A program made the position numbers and the translations under genes. The notes below the pieces were generated by a model. It had not been told where the DNA came from. It saw only the letters and a program-made list of their open reading frames with translations, and did no database searches. DNA of 1,800 nt from Escherichia coli (GTDB lineage: Bacteria; Pseudomonadota; Gammaproteobacteria; Enterobacterales; Enterobacteriaceae). The stretch lies in NCBI RefSeq assembly GCF_003334355.1, contig NZ_QOWP01000080.1. One strand, 5' to 3'. Shown one piece after another: positions 1-1,800 of the stretch; position 1 is the first letter of the stretch; each line of letters starts with the position of its first letter.

Positions 1-1800
1 GTCAGCCTGCCGTGACGGTCATACCGGTAAAGATAGTGCGCGTCACGGGCGATACGGTTATCCGGCCACATGCTGAGGGTGCTGTCCGGGTGCAGCTCCG
101 GGTCGGGCAGGCGGTTGCCCGCCGGGTCCGTGGCATACGGGATGCGGATATCCAGATTCGCTGCGGTGGTGTGAACGCCGGTCAGCCTGCCGGTGGTGCT
201 GTAGCTGTAACTCCGGGTCTGGCGCGGGCTGCTGATGCGGATGAGTTCGCCGTTGTCGTTCCAGGTGTAATCGCGGTCATACTGCAGGCTGTTCAGGTGC
301 TGACGCTGTAACTGCCCGGCAGGGGTGTAAGCGGTGGTGAGTTCATAACGACCGAAGCTGCGCAGCGTTTCCCGGTGCAGGCGGTCGCGGGTGAAATCCA
401 CCAGCGGTGTGTCGCCGAGCTTCATGCCTGCCAGCCAGCCGCTGCCGTAGGTCAGCCATTCCACGGCGGGCAGGCTGTCCGGTATACAGCGGTTCGCCAG
501 CCCCTGCGCGTTGTACGCATGTCTGGTCTCATGCTGCCAGAGCAGTGCTTCCGTCTCCGGGTGATGCACCGTCTGGCGCTCACCGGTCAGGCGGCCTTTC
601 TCATCATACCTGTAATGCACCGCCACCCGGTGCCCTTCGCTGATATGGCTGATGTCTGTCAGCCAGCCACGTTCGTCATACTGCCACCGCTCTGCGGTTT
701 CACCCTTCACGGTGCGGTGCGTGAGGCGGTCTGCTTCGTCATAGTGCCAGTGGGTGACCAGACCCTCATCCTCGCTGCGGATAAGTTTGCCGGTCAGGTC
801 GTGGTGATAACGCTGTGTGCGGCCGTCAAAGCCGGTTTCCTGTATCAGCCGGTCAAGTACATCGTAACGGAAGGTGGTGTGGCTGCCGTTTTCACTGGTC
901 AGGCGGATGACCCGTCCGGCAGCATCGTATTCCATACTGCGCGTCAGCCCGCCCTGCGTGGTACGGACGGCCTTTCCCCACGCATCGTACTGTGTCCCGT
1001 TTCTGCTGCCGTCCGGGGCAATGACGGCGGTCAGGTCACCGGCGATGTTGTATTCATACCGCGTTTCATGGCCCTGCGTGTCTTTCACGGCAATTAACTG
1101 TCCACGGCTGTCGTATGCGCGGTACTGACTCAGCCCTTCCTCGCGGTGCACCGCCGTCATCTGCCCGAAGCGGTCATGGTCATAACGGGTTACATAACCG
1201 GAACAGTCGGTGAAGCTCAGCAACTGACCGTAACGGCTCCACGTCATGGTTTTCCGGCTGCCGGTGGCATCTTCCGTTGCGCAGGGTAAGTCACTGTGTG
1301 GATTATCATAACGGTAGCGGGTGATATCGCCGTCAGGGGCAGTTTCCTGAATCAGACGGCCCAATTCATCATATTCCCGGCGCAATTCCAGCCCGTCAGG
1401 CCCGGTGGCTGACGTTAACTGGTTGTGGTGGTTATAGTAAAACGCCGATGCCCTGCCATCCGGCGTGGTTATGCGCGTGATGAGGCCCGTCACCACATCC
1501 GGGCTGTATTCTGTTGTCCGGCCTGCGGCATCCGTCTGTGTCCTGAGCCTGCCCACGGCGTCAAACTGACTCTGCGTGACGCTGCCGTCCGCGTGTTCCT
1601 TTTTCACCACCCGCTTCAGCCCGGCTTCGCCCTGCGTGTGCAGCACTTCACGGCGGTCCAGGCTGTCGGTGATGGTGATGTGGTCTTTCTCATACTGATA
1701 CGTGTAGCTTAAGCCTGCCGGGTTAAGCTGTTCTGTCACCCGCCCGTCGCTGTCGTAACGGTAACGGATTTCCGGCCGGCCCGTGTGACGGTGCGCCACC
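1..1800 (-). CDS. Rhs-family YD-repeat core protein (RhsA-D-like polymorphic toxin scaffold), internal fragment, partial at both ends; N-terminus beyond coordinate 1800, C-terminus beyond coordinate 1
   Basis: Seen in sequence: the reverse-complement frame whose first full codon is 1799..1797 (GTG) runs 599 codons to 5..3 with no stop; coordinates 2..1 are the start of the next codon. Translation begins [74 protein letters not shown] and ends [21 protein letters not shown]. It carries many YD-repeat motifs, e.g. [127 protein letters not shown]. Composition is GC-rich (35/60 and 40/60 G+C in two hand-counted lines). Established knowledge: this motif pattern and periodicity define Rhs/YD-repeat shell proteins. 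Paralog and species cannot be assigned without a database search. Confidence 0.92.

Noticed and set aside
114-128. DPAGN in the translation ([20 protein letters not shown]), superficially like the Rhs DPxGL autoproteolysis motif that marks the core/toxin boundary
   Set aside because: It lacks the GL and the conserved PxxxxDPxGL context, and YD repeats continue on its C-terminal side (YRYDRHGRL at 3-29). The real core-end motif should lie beyond the left edge.
12-311. Plus-strand ORF of 99 aa from the track
   Set aside because: Antisense to the Rhs coding frame; it starts at GTG and has no independent support.
361-470. Apparent pair of compensating +/-1 frameshifts in the Rhs frame during my hand translation (around the ctg/gcg junction near 360-361 and the G-run near 465-470)
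   Set aside because: Most likely my own base-level reading error. The track's plus-strand translations (HGGQAV in the 375..1097 [14 protein letters not shown] in the 407..643 ORF) and their start coordinates require a sequence in which the minus-strand Rhs frame is continuous. With a real frameshift the track should also show a minus-strand ORF ending at a stop near 453-455, and it does not. An exact computational translation would settle it.
407-643. Plus-strand ORF of 78 aa from the track
   Set aside because: Antisense to the Rhs coding frame and nested within the 375..1097 antisense ORF region; Arg/Cys/Pro-rich low-complexity translation.
375-1097. Plus-strand ORF of 240 aa from the track ([20 protein letters not shown]...)
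   Set aside because: It lies entirely antisense to the open Rhs frame. Its translation is Ala/Val/Arg/Gly/Pro-rich with no recognisable motifs, as expected for the antisense strand of GC-rich coding DNA. Long antisense ORFs are common there.
874-1128. Plus-strand ORF of 84 aa from the track
   Set aside because: Antisense to the Rhs coding frame; no motifs.
1425-1712. Plus-strand ORF of 95 aa from the track
   Set aside because: Antisense to the Rhs coding frame; no motifs.
1-1800. Search for rRNA, tRNA, CRISPR repeats, IS inverted repeats, promoters or terminators
   Set aside because: The whole window is continuous coding sequence of one gene. I found no repeat-spacer architecture, no cloverleaf-like segments, no terminal inverted repeats and no AT-rich intergenic region that would support such calls.

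Overview
The whole 1800-nt window is an internal fragment of one large gene on the minus strand: the conserved core of an Rhs / YD-repeat protein (enterobacterial RhsA-D-like), truncated at both window edges. Read from coordinate 1799 downward, the frame gives 599 sense codons with no stop, and the translation is full of YD-repeat motifs (xYxYDxxGRL) spaced about 21 codons apart. The supplied ORF track lists only plus-strand ORFs; these are antisense artefacts of a GC-rich coding region, and the real gene is absent from the track because it has no stop codon in the window. I see no RNA genes, CRISPR, IS ends, promoters or terminators. Nothing inside the window is itself a new system: the Rhs core is a well-described conserved scaffold. 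Any novelty would sit in the variable C-terminal toxin tip and immunity gene, which lie beyond the left edge (coordinate 1) and cannot be seen here. Caveat: my hand reading around 361-480 may be off by one base; the ORF-track translations imply an intact frame there.
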